This document shows, piece after piece, positions 34,561 through 47,900 of a stretch of DNA of 64,000 bases; the first letter of the stretch is position 1; every line of letters begins with the position of its first letter. Below the pieces are notes generated by a model. It did not search any database and had not been told where the DNA came from. It saw only the letters and a list, made by a program, of their open reading frames with translations. Position numbers and translations under genes: made by a program. Source of the stretch: Smutsia gigantea (lineage: Eukaryota); the NCBI GenBank assembly GCA_032199065.1, contig JAVSCE010011590.1:172551-236550 (forward strand), in the 5' to 3' direction.

Positions 34561-35759
34561 AAGGAAAAGGCAATCTAGCCGGTTGAGGATGGTGTCTGAG
34601 GGCACAGCTCCTAGGGAGAGATGCAGTGGGTCCCCAGCTGCAGACAGGACTGGACGGGGTCAGTGCCCGTGTGAGTGCACAGGAAGGGGACACCAGGCCC
34701 TCCCAGCTGTCTAACTCTCAGCTGCACCTCCAGACCTCGCTCTTCTCAAGGGCCCGGTGCCACTTAGACCAAGTTTCCTACCTAGACCTCTAATTAAGGC
34801 CATTCTGCCTTTTCACCTCAGCCTCCCTCGCCTCTGAAGGGAAACCTAGCCCTTTACAGAGCAAAGTCTCCTATGGGGCAGAGACTCAGGATCACAGGGA
34901 TTACGAAGAGGTCCCAGCATCAGGGCATGTGAACGAGACAAAACAGTGTAGACTGATCATGTGAGATAAATGCATTTAAAAACACACTGAAGGTTATACA
35001 AAAAAGTATATACATGCATGTAGTATATACACACAAATACATGTAGGTTGAAGGATGGCATTAGCATATCTAAGGTGAACCGTCCCACTGCCCAGTAGCA
35101 CCTGAGGCAGAAGCCAGGAGTTCCTGGGAGGTGGCCAGCCCCAGCACGGGCTTCTGGTATCGGGACAGGTGCCAGAGAGCCTGAAGGGAGCTTTCCTGGA
35201 GCAGCCAGCCCCGCAGGGACCCGTCCTCTGCGCCGCTCACCAGCACATCAGGGCCCAGCCAGGCCAGGGCAGACACAGCCACTCCCACTGCCTGACACTG
35301 AGCCCCCTGGGGACCTAGAGAAGACAGAAAACAGGACTGTAAGGCACTTGCAAGTAGGCTCAGGGTTGGAAGGGCTCTTTCCAAAGGCTTGAACACCCCA
35401 CCCCCTCTCCCCTTGGTGCCTGAAGAGGTTTTGTAGATCCCGATGCCATCTGCTCGGTACCCGACAGCCACCCGATCACCATCCGGGCTGACAGCCACGG
35501 AGAGGGCAGGAGAAAGAGGAAGGGAACCTCGGTGCCCGCAGGGCCGACCCAGAGACCCGGGCCACACCTGAACCTGAAGGCCAAGAGGGAGGCTTAAAGC
35601 CATGCACTTCCACACCCGAGGTACAGCCACCCGGCAAGTCCCTCTCCCCGAGACCCGCCTCCTCACACACGTGCCCCTCGCCCTGTAGCTCACGCCAGCC
35701 AAGCTCCTCCACAGTCTCTCCAGGGAAGGCCTCGCCCGCACCCAAACGGCCCCTGCCTT

Positions 35760-35930
35760 TGCTGCCCGCCCTGGAATCCATCGCCAGCCCTCTGAAGCCT
35801 GACCTTGCCATCCTCTCCCGCCGTCAGTAACTGGCAGCCAGCATGCAGGAAAAGGGCTGCAGCGACAGTGCCATGGTGGGCAGGGAAGGCAGCCAGCGGC
35901 GCCCCCTCTTGCCAGGCCCACAGCTCCACC
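35760..35930 (-). CDS. TEP1: TEP1 WD40-repeat exon(s), approximate limits (VVAVGRLDGVVELWAWQEGAPLAAFPAHHGTVAAALFLHAGCQLLTAGEDGKVR)
   Basis: This is part of minus ORF 35690..36013. The 283-aa ORF 35070..35921 is a composite of exon(s) plus intronic read-through. Confidence 0.4.
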
Positions 35931-37609
35931 ACCCCGTCCAGCCGGCCCACCGCCACAACCCGCCCAGGCACATTAAAGGCCAAGGTACGGACAGAAGTTC
36001 CTGGGGCCCCCAATTCCTACACAGGGAGGCAGAAATGAAATGTCAGGGCCTGCTCTCAACACAAGCCCAAAGTGACACAAAACATGGATGTCCGTCGTTC
36101 TCCACCTTCCGCTCCCACCCTTTTTGCCTCCTCCCCCAGGGCTACACAGGACCTTCTCACCTTGGCGACTTTGAGCCCATCCACTTGGTAGAAGCTGAAG
36201 CTGCCAGCCCAGCTGCCGATGGCTATTACCTGCCCCTCTGGGTGGAACGCAACACAGTTCAGGGACTTGGGACAGGTGTGCTGGAAGGCCAGCTGCCCAC
36301 GGACTGTGTCCCACAGCTGGGGGAGAGAGACGGAGAGGAATCATGGTGCTGAATATGGAGGCCTGAGCTTCTCAGTCGGCTCCTGGGGCCATCTTGTCCA
36401 GTCCCCTGCCCTCAGCAGGGACAGCCTCCCCAGGGCCAAGCAGCAGCAGCCTCTGCCATGCTAGAACGACCTCACACAGCTGACTTGGAGTTCCGGGCCA
36501 CTCAGGTACCGCAGCCCCTGGTCCTTACCTTGAGGCATCCCCCCAGGCACACGGTGGCCAGCAGCCGACGGTCTGGGCTCAGACAGCAGCCGGTGATTTG
36601 GAACCGGTGAGCGCTGGTGTGCAGCACCCTACCCCCCAGAGACAAAGTCAGGCCTCTGGGGCCCCCTGGCCACAGGCTCCCTTATTCCCCTCCGCTGGGG
36701 TTTCAGACAGGGAAGGCCTTCCCTCTGAGACAGGGTGGGTGGACCCCTTACCGACAAGCATGCTGCAGGTCCCAGAGCTCCAGGAGCCCATCAAAGGCAG
36801 TGATAAAGAGGGCATTGTCTGAGAGGAATGAGCAGGAGGAGACCCCATCACAGCCACTCGCCACAGACTTCTCCTCCTGCGGCAGCAGCGGGCAGCACAC
36901 TGAGGACGCTCCCCGGACCCTCACATCCAGCCTCTCCAAGCCCAACCAAAGAGGAGGCCAAGGCAGGAAGGGCCCTTGGCTCTTCATGTAAATCTTTACA
37001 AAAATCTCAAAGCGCAGCCCTCTGGCCCCACATGAGGAACCCGTAAACAGTGCAAAGCTTTGGGCCCCACTCCGGTTCCACAAAAGCCATGTCCTAAGCT
37101 CTGAGTTCTTTGCAATGCTCCGAACAGTGCCTTGAATGGCAGGTGTACAGCAGGTGTTTGCAGTGTGATTAATTTTTTGACTAAGCCCTTTTGATCAGAT
37201 GGGAGGGAATTGAAGTTGCTGAATCAAACAGGGTGATAACAGGTGGGTTTGGCCTGTCTAGGGTTCAAGGCAGTCTGTGAGGCCCTCTGGAAGGCAAACT
37301 GCCCTCCTTGAGTGTCATACCTGCCAGGTTCTCAGATCCAGCAGGTAAACCATCCCATTAGCAGTGCCCACAGCAGATCTGTGCCCACTGGGGGAGAAGG
37401 CCACTGCTGTGGGGGATGAGGAAACTGCCAGAGACAGGCTGGAGCTAGAGAAAGGAGAAAGAAAAGGAGGAAAAGGAATGTGGAGAAGGAGGCGAATGGA
37501 ATTCCTTTTTGCATTTCTGCATCTGAATCCCCCTGCTCTCCAGTGTCAGATGGGGCTGCAGCTAGCTCCCTGGTGGGCTGACCAGACTCCAGTGTCAAGG
37601 GTCTTACGC

Positions 37610-37830
37610 TGGCTGGGCCCCCGTGCTGTGGGGTTTATTCAGCCACCGCAGGATGTGCTGGTGCTGCCATCGCGGGGAGAGCCGGGGGGCCTGGTGGCAA
37701 AGGGGTGAGTCGGGAGGCTGGTTGGCTGCCTGCTGGCGCAGGAGTAGGGGGTACTGGCTGAGGACTGGAGCCTGCTGCTTCAGGAAGGTGTGAAATACAG
37801 CAAGGTTGGCCTCGCGTAGCTTTTGTTCCT
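37610..37830 (-). CDS. TEP1: TEP1 exon between the NACHT and WD40 regions, approximate limits (ADSVPEEEQKLREANLAVFHTFLKQQAPVLSQYPLLLRQQAANQPPDSPL...)
   Basis: This is part of minus ORF 37604..37912. The frame stays open in a GC-rich exon-like segment. Confidence 0.35.
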
Positions 37831-39289
37831 CTTCAGGGACTGAGTCGGCTATGGAAGAGATAAAGAATGTCACTGGGGAGCCAGCCTGGACTCCCATTGA
37901 CCCCAGCACCAAAGACGACTAAATGTCAGCATCTAGAACAGCAAGGCCCAACGTGCAGCACTCTGACCCCACCTCAGGAGCACCTGTTAGACATTCAGAG
38001 CTCTAGGCTCCACTCCAGACCCAGGGAACCAGAATCTGGGGACCCAGAGATCTACAACTTGAACAACCTTCCCAGGTGATTCGATGCCCACTAAATAAAG
38101 TCTGAGAACCTCTGGTCTAAGATCTAGGCCGAAGGTCTCCTGAGAATCATTTGCTTACCCTCTTTGCATTTTCAACTTGTAATGGAAATTTGTTCTTTCC
38201 CTTACACCTCCCCATGAGTGGGCCCCCATGAGCACACCCAGAAGCCCCCCATCTCACCATAGAGGGCGTGGGCCTCTAGGAGCTGAGGGAGAAGTCCCCG
38301 TTCCAGGTGTGCGGCCACCACATGGAGATTGGTGAGGAACTTTGCAAGGAGGCCATGGTTCCCACTCTGGAGCTGGGAAGGTCAGACTGGATTCATTAAG
38401 GATGTGAAGAGGCTGGTAAGGAGGGAAGGTTTAGTCCCAGTCTCTGCCTGGGCAGCTGGGACCTAGACGCAGGAGCTGGGACAAAAGACCTGAAGGAGGA
38501 GGGCAGGAAAACTGAAAGGAGAAGGGTAGAGGGCATTTGGGAGGAGGGCAGTGGTGACGGTGCTGATGGTAAAGAGGGAGAGGAGCCTTAGCATAGTCCA
38601 AGGGGGGCCTTGGAAAGAAGGGGCATATGGGGCCTGCGGACTGACCAGGTGGTAAGGCAGGTCTCCCAGAGCCTCAGGAGGACAGTCTCGGAAGGTGCCC
38701 GAGGCATCAGGGTCACATGTCTTCCAGAGCTGAGCTGCAGGCCACAGGAATAGACACGGAGATGGGCTCAGCCCTGAAGCATCTCCAAAGACCACATCCC
38801 TCAGGCTGCAGCAAGCGCCATCCACCCACAGGGGTGTCAGCTGAGGGTGCCAGCCAGCCACAGAGGAGTACCAGGGCTGGTCCTGGCCTCCGGGCCCAGG
38901 CCCCACACTCAGTACCCCAGGCAGTCACCTGCCACGAGGAGGTGTGCTGTCTTCTCCAGCCCTGGCCTCCTCGCACATCGACATTTAGCTGCTGTTCTCA
39001 GGGGCCCATCAGGGAGGCAGAGCCGGGCACCCGGGCGCTCCAGGGGGCCCTCCCCTAGCAAACTGTCCTCATGTGAGGGAGAGAAAGCAGGAGAGTGGGA
39101 GAAGCCTGTCAGCGATCTGGCACAGCTGTGGGCTCCCAAATCCACTTCAAATAGTGGTGACTTGAGTGCCCAACCATTCAGAGTTTGGGAGTCAGGTGTC
39201 AGAGGCTATACCAAGGGTAGGATAGGGTGAAGACAGGACCACACAGGGCCTTGGCTCAAAGATGGGAAGGGCCGGGAGGCCTGCAGGAG

Positions 39290-39470
39290 CGCAGCTGGGG
39301 GCACTGTACCTGCGCAGGCTCTGGACCAGGTAGGCGAACGCGCCCATGGGGTAGGGGTCCCTGCTGTTAGCAGCAGCCGCTGCCTCCTCCCAGGTGTTGG
39401 CTCCCCTGGGAAGTATCCGCCATGCGCTGAGCACTCCATGCAGCTGGTCCACAGTCAGCCCTGGAAACCC
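39290..39470 (-). CDS. TEP1: TEP1 exon, approximate limits (GLTVDQLHGVLSAWRILPRGANTWEEAAAAANSRDPYPMGAFAYLVQSLRR)
   Basis: This is part of minus ORF 39192..39506. Confidence 0.35.
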
Positions 39471-40797
39471 CAACTTTCTGAGGCCCTCGCCAACCACACA
39501 GCACACCCAGCCCCAGCTGAATGAGGGTCACCCAACCTCCAAGCTCTCAGGCTCCCAACCCGCCCCAAGCACTGACCGCCGCGTGTGACCTCAAGGGTGG
39601 CCAAGGCTTGGAGGAGGACACCAGGGCCATGCTCTTGCTCCAGGGTGCCCAGGATGTGCTGGAGCAGCAAGGGGACAGTGGCAGGCAGGGTCCGGAGTCT
39701 CTCAGACACCTGGGGGAGAATGGAGACTGGGATTCAGCCAGTGGGGGACGGGGAGAGGATGCGGCAGGAGAAGCCATAGGAAAGGATGAACGGGGAAGAG
39801 GAACAGTGGGGGGGCGGGGGGAAGGTGATCACCACGGAGAATGGGTGATCCCAAGATGGCAGAGGGTGGGAATAAAAGAAGCTTCATGGGAAATGGGATT
39901 AGGAATTAGAAAATGAGGAGGGAGGGTTTACATCCGCAGCTGACCTGCTCATAGAGCGTGAAGAACCTCAGGTGATCGGTGACCAAGCGCAGGTACAGAG
40001 GCAGGGCAGACCCCCGCTTCACCAGCAGCAGCCGCATCTGAAGAGACTCAGGGGACTCAGGAGAGGGACCAGAGGGCCCACCGCACCCAGCCCTCAGCCC
40101 CATGCTCCACCTCAGCGCCGTGCCCATTTCAGGGCAGCTCCTCCTGAGAGGCCCCAGCAGGCGTCACCTGAGGGCATTACCTCAGAACACAGCCATCTCT
40201 TCCCTATGCTGCCCTGCCCAGCCAGCCCCCGCCGGGTAGCCCGTGTGGTTCAGCCTGCCCCCCAGTAGCCATGCTTTACTACCCCCTCACCCAGACAGGC
40301 CCTGGGAGGCCATTCACCAAGAGGAAACCCTGGGGGATTTTATAAAGAATCATGGTTAATCTTATTAGCAACTTCCCTTGCTACAGAATTCCTAAGAAAA
40401 CAAAAGAGCAGTCTGTATGGGCCAGGTGGCAGCCTCAGTGCCCTGGGCCCTCACAGCTCCCAGGTTCACCCCACACACCCACCAGCCCTGGCCTGGATCC
40501 AACCTGGTTGTTAAAAGGCGACTCCTCCAGCCGCTTCCCATACAGAGCCAGCTCCTCTCTCACCATCCGGGCCCGGGCAGATGGCTCCAGAGGCCCCAGG
40601 GCCACCACGTGGGCACCTTGGCTCTGCTCAAGGGTCTCCCCTAGGCTCGAGTCAGTGGACACGCTTAGCACCAAGTGCACCCGCTGTGATATTTGGGCAA
40701 AAGGGTTAGGGAGGCAGAAGGAAAAGGAGAGGAACAGTGTTAGAGAGGCCCCTCTCCTCCCTACTGCAGCCTAGCCCCACCTCCTTCTCACACTCAC

Positions 40798-40954
40798 CCT
40801 GGGAAGGGTCACTGGGATCCAGTCTGAGATCAGGTGTCCATGCTGGCCCACCAACCTGTCGGCCCCATCGATGATCAGGACCAGTGTCTGGCCAGTTTGC
40901 AGGGACTGAGCAGACCTGGGCAGCAGCGTCTGCTGCAGCTCCCACACCAGGCCT
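40798..40954 (-). CDS. TEP1: TEP1 NACHT exon with the Walker B motif ((R)GLVWELQQTLLPRSAQSLQTGQTLVLIIDGADRLVGQHGHLISDWIPVTLPR)
   Basis: The acceptor is ccctgtgcag|AGGCCT (phase 2, completing Arg with the upstream CG). The donor is CCCAGG|GTGAGTG. The motif hhhhDGhDE-like LVLIIDGAD is the classic NACHT Walker B. Confidence 0.6.
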
Positions 40955-41053
40955 CTGCACAGGGAGGGTGAGGACCAGGGTCAGCAGGAGAGGGAGACGC
41001 CGGGGAAGTATCATGTGACATCAGCAGGGCTGGGCTCATGGGGAGACACCCAC

Positions 41054-41229
41054 CGGTAGGTGTTGGGGAGGGCATGCGGCTCTCGCAGCTGGCGACGCAG
41101 ATAGGCACAGAGGCGTCTGAGCAGCGTAAGGGCCAGACTCTGGTCGGGGCGGGCCCCTGAAAAGTGGAAGAAGACTGAGGGGGCCACCTTGGCCCCACTG
41201 GGAGCCTGCAGGGCTGACACAAGGGATGC
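41054..41229 (-). CDS. TEP1: TEP1 NACHT exon (ASLVSALQAPSGAKVAPSVFFHFSGARPDQSLALTLLRRLCAYLRRQLREPHALPNTYR)
   Basis: This is part of minus ORF 41011..41295. The acceptor is cccatgcag|GCATCC and the donor is TACCG|GTGGGTG. It continues the P-loop exon in frame (AFL|ASLVSAL). Confidence 0.6.
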
Positions 41230-41354
41230 CTGCATGGGAAGCAAACAGAAAACATGGTCACAGTTTACATGCACAAGCTCCCCATGCGCTGCCACCTCAG
41301 CCCTCCTGAGCCCACACAGCCCTCCCTCCTGCCCAGGCTCCTGAGGCTCTATAC

Positions 41355-41549
41355 CAGGAAGGCAGTCTTGCCCTGTCCCGACTGCCCAGTCACTAGGCTC
41401 AGCCTCCCTTGGTGCAGCATTAGCTGCTGCACTGTGTCCTGAAGAAGGCGTGGTCGGGCAGGACTCGGTGGACTCTGCAGCTGCTGAAATGTGGCCTGGA
41501 CCAAGTCATCATCAGGGATGGACACTGGCTGTTCCATCTGCGCCCCGGG
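41355..41549 (-). CDS. TEP1: TEP1 NACHT exon with the Walker A P-loop ([65 protein letters not shown])
   Basis: This is the C-terminal part of minus ORF 41349..41912. The motif is GxxGxGKT. The donor is TTCCTG|GTATAG and a candidate acceptor is tgtgctctcag|CCCGGG. The exon is 195 nt, phase 0/0. Confidence 0.55.
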
Positions 41550-43084
41550 CTGAGAGCACATGGGGCAGTGACTGACTACATTCCCATGCCCTTCAAGACC
41601 CCCAAGCCTAAAACTCCCAGAGCCCCACCAAGTTCCTTTCCCCCCAGGACTACCCGAACCACCCTGCCCCTCCCCACGGCCCTTGCCACCAGCGATCCTG
41701 CTCACCTGCAGGTAAAGCTTCTGGATCATACGCCACACATCTTGCAGAAACAACTGTCCAAACTCCTCCAGTCCCCCAGCATAGGGCCGGCCAGCTGCCA
41801 CGCCACCCCACTCACAGTGGTACCTGTGGGCAAAGCAAGCACAAGCAGAGTCAGAGCAAGCCCGTGCCCTCCCACATCTCTCCACGCTGGGCCTTCCTGC
41901 CCCTCCGCCCACCTGCGACAGGTGATCCCTTTCTGTCTGCTCAGGTAGCTCTTCAGCTGTGAGATCCGATGTGCAGCCTCTTCAGACTCAGAGGTAAAGT
42001 CGGCTTTCCAGGCATCTGGCACAGAGCTGACCACCAAAGATACCCCAAAGAGTGGGGCTGGACTCAGACCCCAGCCTCTCTCCACCCCCAACCATCAGAC
42101 CTGGCTGTGGATCCTTGAAACTCCTCAAGTGGAGATGACTTTAGTCACAAGGCAAGCTCTCTAAGTCGGTCTGGCCTTTTGGAGAGACGACAGAAGGCAT
42201 ACCCAAGGAAGCTGGGATCCCGGAAGTAGATGAGGGCCTGGGCAGAGGGCCGCCGGTGGAGGCCCCGGTTCAGGAACTGCATCACCTCCATCTCTGTGAC
42301 CGAGCGGCCTGCTGGGTACTGCCGGGCCTGCAGGGAGAGGCAGAGGGCAGCCGGGTCAGTGCAAGGCCACCCTAACCCCTCCCCGAGACCTGCCGAGACC
42401 CAGGACTCCTTCATCTCAGGACTTTTCTTCTCTCCAGACACAAGCCAATAAAATATAGCTCATCAGAACGTGTGTTGGGCATTAAAAAAAAAAGATTTCT
42501 AATTCTCATAGAAACCCTACAATGGAGACACCACTGTTTCTCTTTAGCATATGGGGAAGTTGAGGCTAGATTAGGATAAGCCGTTTCTCACAAAGCCACA
42601 CAATCTGTAAGTGAAAAAGGGAGATCAGAACCCAGATTCATCTGATGGCAAAACCTAAACAGACCTACCTTCCTACCTCTTTCATCCCTTGGCCATCCCA
42701 GGGGTACTTCTCAAGGGAATTCCTTCGTCTAGGACTGGGCCACGCACAGAACTGTCTGCCTGTGTTTCACTTCAAGTCTCAAGGACCTGCCTGTACATAG
42801 TCCCAGGGTTGCTGGCAGACCGCAGTTCCTCCCCAGACCCTGCTCCAACCTTTCTGTTTGTCTTACCCAGCGGAAGTGAGGATGGTCAGGGAGGTTGTAG
42901 CTGGGGGGCACATAGCCATAGCGGGAGCCCAGAATCCCCACGAACAGCTGTGAGTTCTCCACCTCCCCTAGACACACTTCCAGTTGTCTGCAGGCATTGT
43001 GTCAGGCAACACAGGCAGAAATTAAGAGAAACAGACAGGGCCTGGCTCACAGCTGAGCAAAGTGAAGGCACGCTGCTCTTTAGC

Positions 43085-43310
43085 AACCAAGGAGCATCCC
43101 CCTGCCCTCAGCCCTCAGTCTCAACCCTGCCCACCTGAGTTCCACCACCCAAGCCCTCATTCTGTGGCCCCCAGACCTGTTTCTACGGGTCTCCTCCTCA
43201 GTGACGCCCCAGCGCAAGTCGATGGCATGGAGACTGATGTGGTGGGGGGCCGCTCGGGCTTGCACTACTGGCAGCACGGACCTCAGCAGCAGGTCCCGCT
43301 CCCCGTGCAT
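43085..43310 (-). CDS. TEP1: TEP1 exon, approximate limits ([41 protein letters not shown])
   Basis: This is minus ORF 43080..43310. It is the last recognisable exon before the ~8 kb intron that carries the second L1. Confidence 0.4.
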
Positions 43311-44895
43311 GTCCCGGAAAGTGGAGGAAATGAAAAGCCGGATGCTATGCCACCTGGGGGTAAGCAGAGGCCTGGGCTAGGTCTAGGGATCAGCTCCGCC
43401 CTATTCCACAGCCGCGACTGTGTGCACCCTTCAGCACTGAACACAAGACAGGGTGACAGGCAGCGGTGGGATACCCACTAGGCATCCAGAAAATAACTGC
43501 TTGTAGCCTCAACTGCACAGCCTGGGAAATTAAACCCTGCTTGCTATTTCTCATGCACCCTTCTCTGTCAGCTAATGATTTGTATGTGCTTACTATTTTC
43601 CCATGGAATGTTCATGAAAACACTATGAGGTAAGCACAAACATTATATCTATTTTACTGATTAAGAAAGTACAGGTTTAAGAAATTAAGCAACTAGCCCA
43701 AGATTTAAGTTATTATCTGGCAAAACCAGGATGAGAAAGCCAGAGCCTGTTTTGCTAAGCCCCCCACCTGAGCCCTGGCTATGCCCAAGGTGCCTGATGC
43801 CCACCTCACATTCTGACCCCTCTCCCCAGGAGAGAAAGGAACATGCTCACAGTCTGACAATTTTCTGTCTTTGAGAAGCCCCTGCCTAGGAAAGAAGAAG
43901 CCTACCTTAGGAAAGAGATCAGTATCACAAAAGACAGAATCTCAGTCACCTAGTTTCTGTTTTGACAGCAGCCCCTCGCAATTCACAAACAGAGAAACAC
44001 AGACTGACCCAGGCTGGGGCATAGGAGTCATGGAGCTTGGCATATTCTCTTCCAGTGGCTGCAGAGACAGGACCCCTCTCTTTCCTGGGGGTGGTGGGAT
44101 CTTGAATATTTTGTCCATTTGGCTCACATGTTCCAGAAGACGGGAGGCCCCACGCTCTGCAATGAACCTGATATATATTTGACAAAATAAATAAGAGCAG
44201 AATACCAGAGTCAGAATCAGGAAGGTCTTTTAAGGACAGATATGACTAGGTTAGACCACAGAGTTAACTGGAGCTCCTTAAGATGACCATAAGCAATGTA
44301 GACTTAAAATAAATGATGGAGCAGAACCACAGGAATGAAGGGACAGAGAAGAAAGCCAGCTCTGGCCCCTCCTACTATGCACAGGCATCACAGGTTTTCT
44401 GTTGGACCAGAGGCAATTAGGCTCGTGAAGGTGTAAAGATTAAGGCCATCGCCGTCTGGGCTTGGTCAGCTCTATACCTGCCATGAAACCACCCTGGAGA
44501 AGGAGTAAGGTGCATAAGGCTTCCTAAATGGAGTTGGGGGCAATGGGTGACATCTAAAAGAAAAAGCAGAAAAACAAGTAAATGAGAGGGTAAGCATGAA
44601 GGAACGACAAAGTGAAAAGATTTCTGTAAACTTGGCATAAATAAATTTAGCAAGGGATTTCCTCTGGGTCAAGAATCAAACAGAAACCACAGAAAATGAA
44701 TAGAAGTGATGCAACCAACTCGAGTTTTCCCTTAAAAGCTAATAGTGCAATCTCCCTTGTTCCCATCTTGAACCAGGAGGTACAAGCAGAGAATTTGAGG
44801 ATGGTGGAGAAAGACAGAAGAGGCCTGGGTCCCTGTAACACAGTGTTGCTGTTATGCCTAGACAGCTATGAAGAATAGCTTTTTATCTTTGCTTT

Positions 44896-44912
44896 AAAAA
44901 GGAAGTAAATGG
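44896..44912. repeat. Target-site duplication, left copy (AAAAAGGAAGTAAATGG) of the intronic L1
   Basis: An identical 17-mer is found at 51224-51240 right after the L1 A-rich tail. Confidence 0.85.
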
Positions 44913-47900
44913 GGCTTCTGGGAAGATGGCAGTGTGAGCAGGGCAGCGGAAATCTCCTCCCAAAACCATATAAATTTGTGAAAATACAACAAATACAACT
45001 ATTCCTAAAAGAGAGACCAGAAGATACAGTGCAACAGCCAGGCTACATCTACATCTGCGAGAACTCAGCACCTCACGGAGAGGGCAAGATACAAAGCCGC
45101 CACTCGGCAGGACCCAAGCACTCCCCCACCCCAGCACACCGGTGGGAGGAAAAGAATCAGAGTGGGGAGGGAGTGGAAGCACAGGACTGCTAAATAACCA
45201 GCCCTGACAATCTGCACCGGGAGCACAGACACACATCGCATGGTGTATCAGAGATTAGAGACACAGAGGACAGGATCCGAGACAGAGACTGCAAGCGGGT
45301 CCCCTCAGCTGGCTCCCTGGGATGAAAGAAAAGCGGGCGCTTTTTTTTTAAAGTCTTAAAGAGACAAGGGCCCAACAGCGGAACAAAATTGTCCCAGTGC
45401 ACTCGGCCCAGCGGGCTGGGAGTCTTGGGGAATTTCGGACCCCCTGGCAGGCAGCTGGGCAAAAAAGACATGCCGAGGCTTCCCACAGAGATCAGCACCC
45501 TGCCATTCATTACCCCTGCCCCTGCCGGAGCCGTAAAGGGTCCGCGATCCGCCACTGCTGCGGAACAGGAGAGGAGCGGCCCTGCCCACAGCAACCTCAC
45601 AGAATCCACTCCCGGCTGGCCCTCAGCTAAGTGGGAAGGACGCCAGAACCCAGAACAAGGGCTGGAAAGCACCAAGGGGACCAGAAGGCACCCAGCGAGA
45701 CTTCAACCCCCGCAGTGCTATACGCTAGGCTGACGGCAACCCCGCACACAGGCAGCACAGGGGATTATCCCAGAGACTGCCTCCCCATGTGCAAGAAACC
45801 AGTTCAGGCCCCAGAGAAGGGCAAGGAGAACAACAAGCAGGAAGGGACTTTGTTCTCACAGCTGACACATGTGGTGACTACCAGTGACCACTTCTATCGC
45901 CATGTAAAGACAGAAGAATATGGTCCAGACAAAGATTACCCAGACAACCCCAGAGAGAGGGCCTGATGGGATAGACTTACACAATCTTCCTGAAAAAGAA
46001 TTCAGAATAAAAGTCATAACCATGCTGATGGATCTACAGAGAAATATGCAAGAGCTGAGGGAGGAAGTGAGGGAAGTGAGGAAAGACAATGCAGAAATGA
46101 GACAAGCGATCGACGGGCTTAGCAGCAGACTACACGAGATGCAAGAGTCTGTTAATGGAATAGAAAACAGAGAACAGGAATACAGAGAAGCTGAGGCAGA
46201 GAGAGATAAAAGGATCTCTAAGAATGAAAGAATATTAAGAGAACAGTGTGACCAATCCAAGCAGAACAATACTCACACTATAGGAGTACCAGAATAAGAA
46301 GAGAGAGAAAAAGGGATAGAAAGTGACTTTGAAGAAATAATTGCTGAAAACTTCCCCAGGCTGGGGGAGGAAATAGTCTCTCAGACCATGGAAGCCCACA
46401 GATCTCCCAACACAAAGTACCCAAGGAAGACAACACCAAGACACATAATAATTAAAATGGCAAAGATCAAAGATAAGGACAGAGTATTAAAGGCAGCTAG
46501 AGAGAGAAAAAAGATCACCTACAAAGGAAAACCCATCAGACTATCATCAGACTTCTCAACAGAAACTTTACAGGCCAGAAGAGAATGGCATGATATATTT
46601 AACGTAATGAAACAGAACGGGCTTGAACGAAGAATACTGTATCCAGCAAGATTATCATTTAAATTTGAGGGAAGGATTAAACAATTCCCAGACAAGCGAA
46701 AGCTGAGGGAATTTGCCTCCCACAAACCATCTCTACAGGATCTCTTAAAGGGACTGCTCTAGTTGGACGCACTCCTAAGACTAAAAAGATGTCACCAGAG
46801 AAAATAAAATCATAGCAAAGAAAGCAGACCATCCAAATACTAACTAAAGGCGAAGAGTAAAATCAGCTATCGACAAAAACAGTCAAAGGAAATGTAAAAG
46901 AGTACAGAATAAAACACCTAGTATATAAAGAGTGGAGGAGGAAGAAGAAGAAGAGAGAGAAATAAAGAATCATCAAACTGTGTTTATAATAGCTTAACAA
47001 GGGAGTTAAGTTAGACTGTTAGATAGTAAAGAAGCTAACCTTGAACTTTGGTAACCACGAATCTAAAGCCAGCAATGGCAATAAGTATATATCTATTAAT
47101 AATCACCCTAAATGTAATGGACTGAATGTACCAATCAAAAGACACAGAGTAATAGAATGGATAAAAAAGCAAGACCCATCTATATGCTGTTTACAAGAGA
47201 CTCAACTCAAACCCAAAGATATACACAGACTAAAGGTGAAGGGATGGAAAAAGATATTTCATGCAAACAACAAGGAGAAAAAAGCAGGTGTTGCAGTACT
47301 TCTATCAGACAAAATAGACTTCAAAACGAAGAAAGTAGCAAGAGATAAAGAAGGACATTACATAATGATAAAGGGGTCAGTCCAACAAGAGGATATAACC
47401 ATTATAAATACATATGCACCCAACACAGGAGGGCCGACATATGTTAAACAAATAATAACAGAATTAAAGGAGGAAATAGAAAGCAGTGCATTCATTTTAG
47501 GAGACTTCAACACACCACTCACTCCAAAGGACAGATCAACCAGACAGAAAATAAGTAAAGACACAGAGGCACTGAACAACACACTAGAACACATGGACCT
47601 AACAGACATCTACAGAACTCTATACCCAAAAGCAACAGGATAGACATTCTTCTCAAGTGCACATGGAACATTTTCCAGAATAGACCACATACTAGGCCAC
47701 AAAAAGAACCTCAGTAATTTCAAAAATACTGAAATTCTACCAACCAACTTCTCAGATCACAAAGGTATAAAACTAGAAATAAATTGTGCAAAGAAAACAA
47801 AAAGGGTCACAAATACATGGAGGCTTAATAACATGCTCCTAAATAATCAATGGGTCAGTGACCAAATTAAAACAGATCAAACAATATATGGAGACAAATA

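Noticed and set aside
35070-35921. The 283-aa minus ORF as one large TEP1 exon
   Set aside because: Its peptide mixes WD-like stretches with Pro/Gly/Arg-rich junk (GLARGGAAGCLPCPPWHC...). It is most likely two or three exons plus intronic read-through in a GC-rich, stop-poor region.
32864-39058. Plus-strand ORFs of 110-170 aa (32864..33238, 34113..34586, 35843..36352, 38717..39058 and others) as genes antisense to TEP1
   Set aside because: They are Pro/Ser/Arg/Gly-rich with no domain signatures. They are explained by GC-rich antisense of WD40 exons, with no start context or splice evidence.
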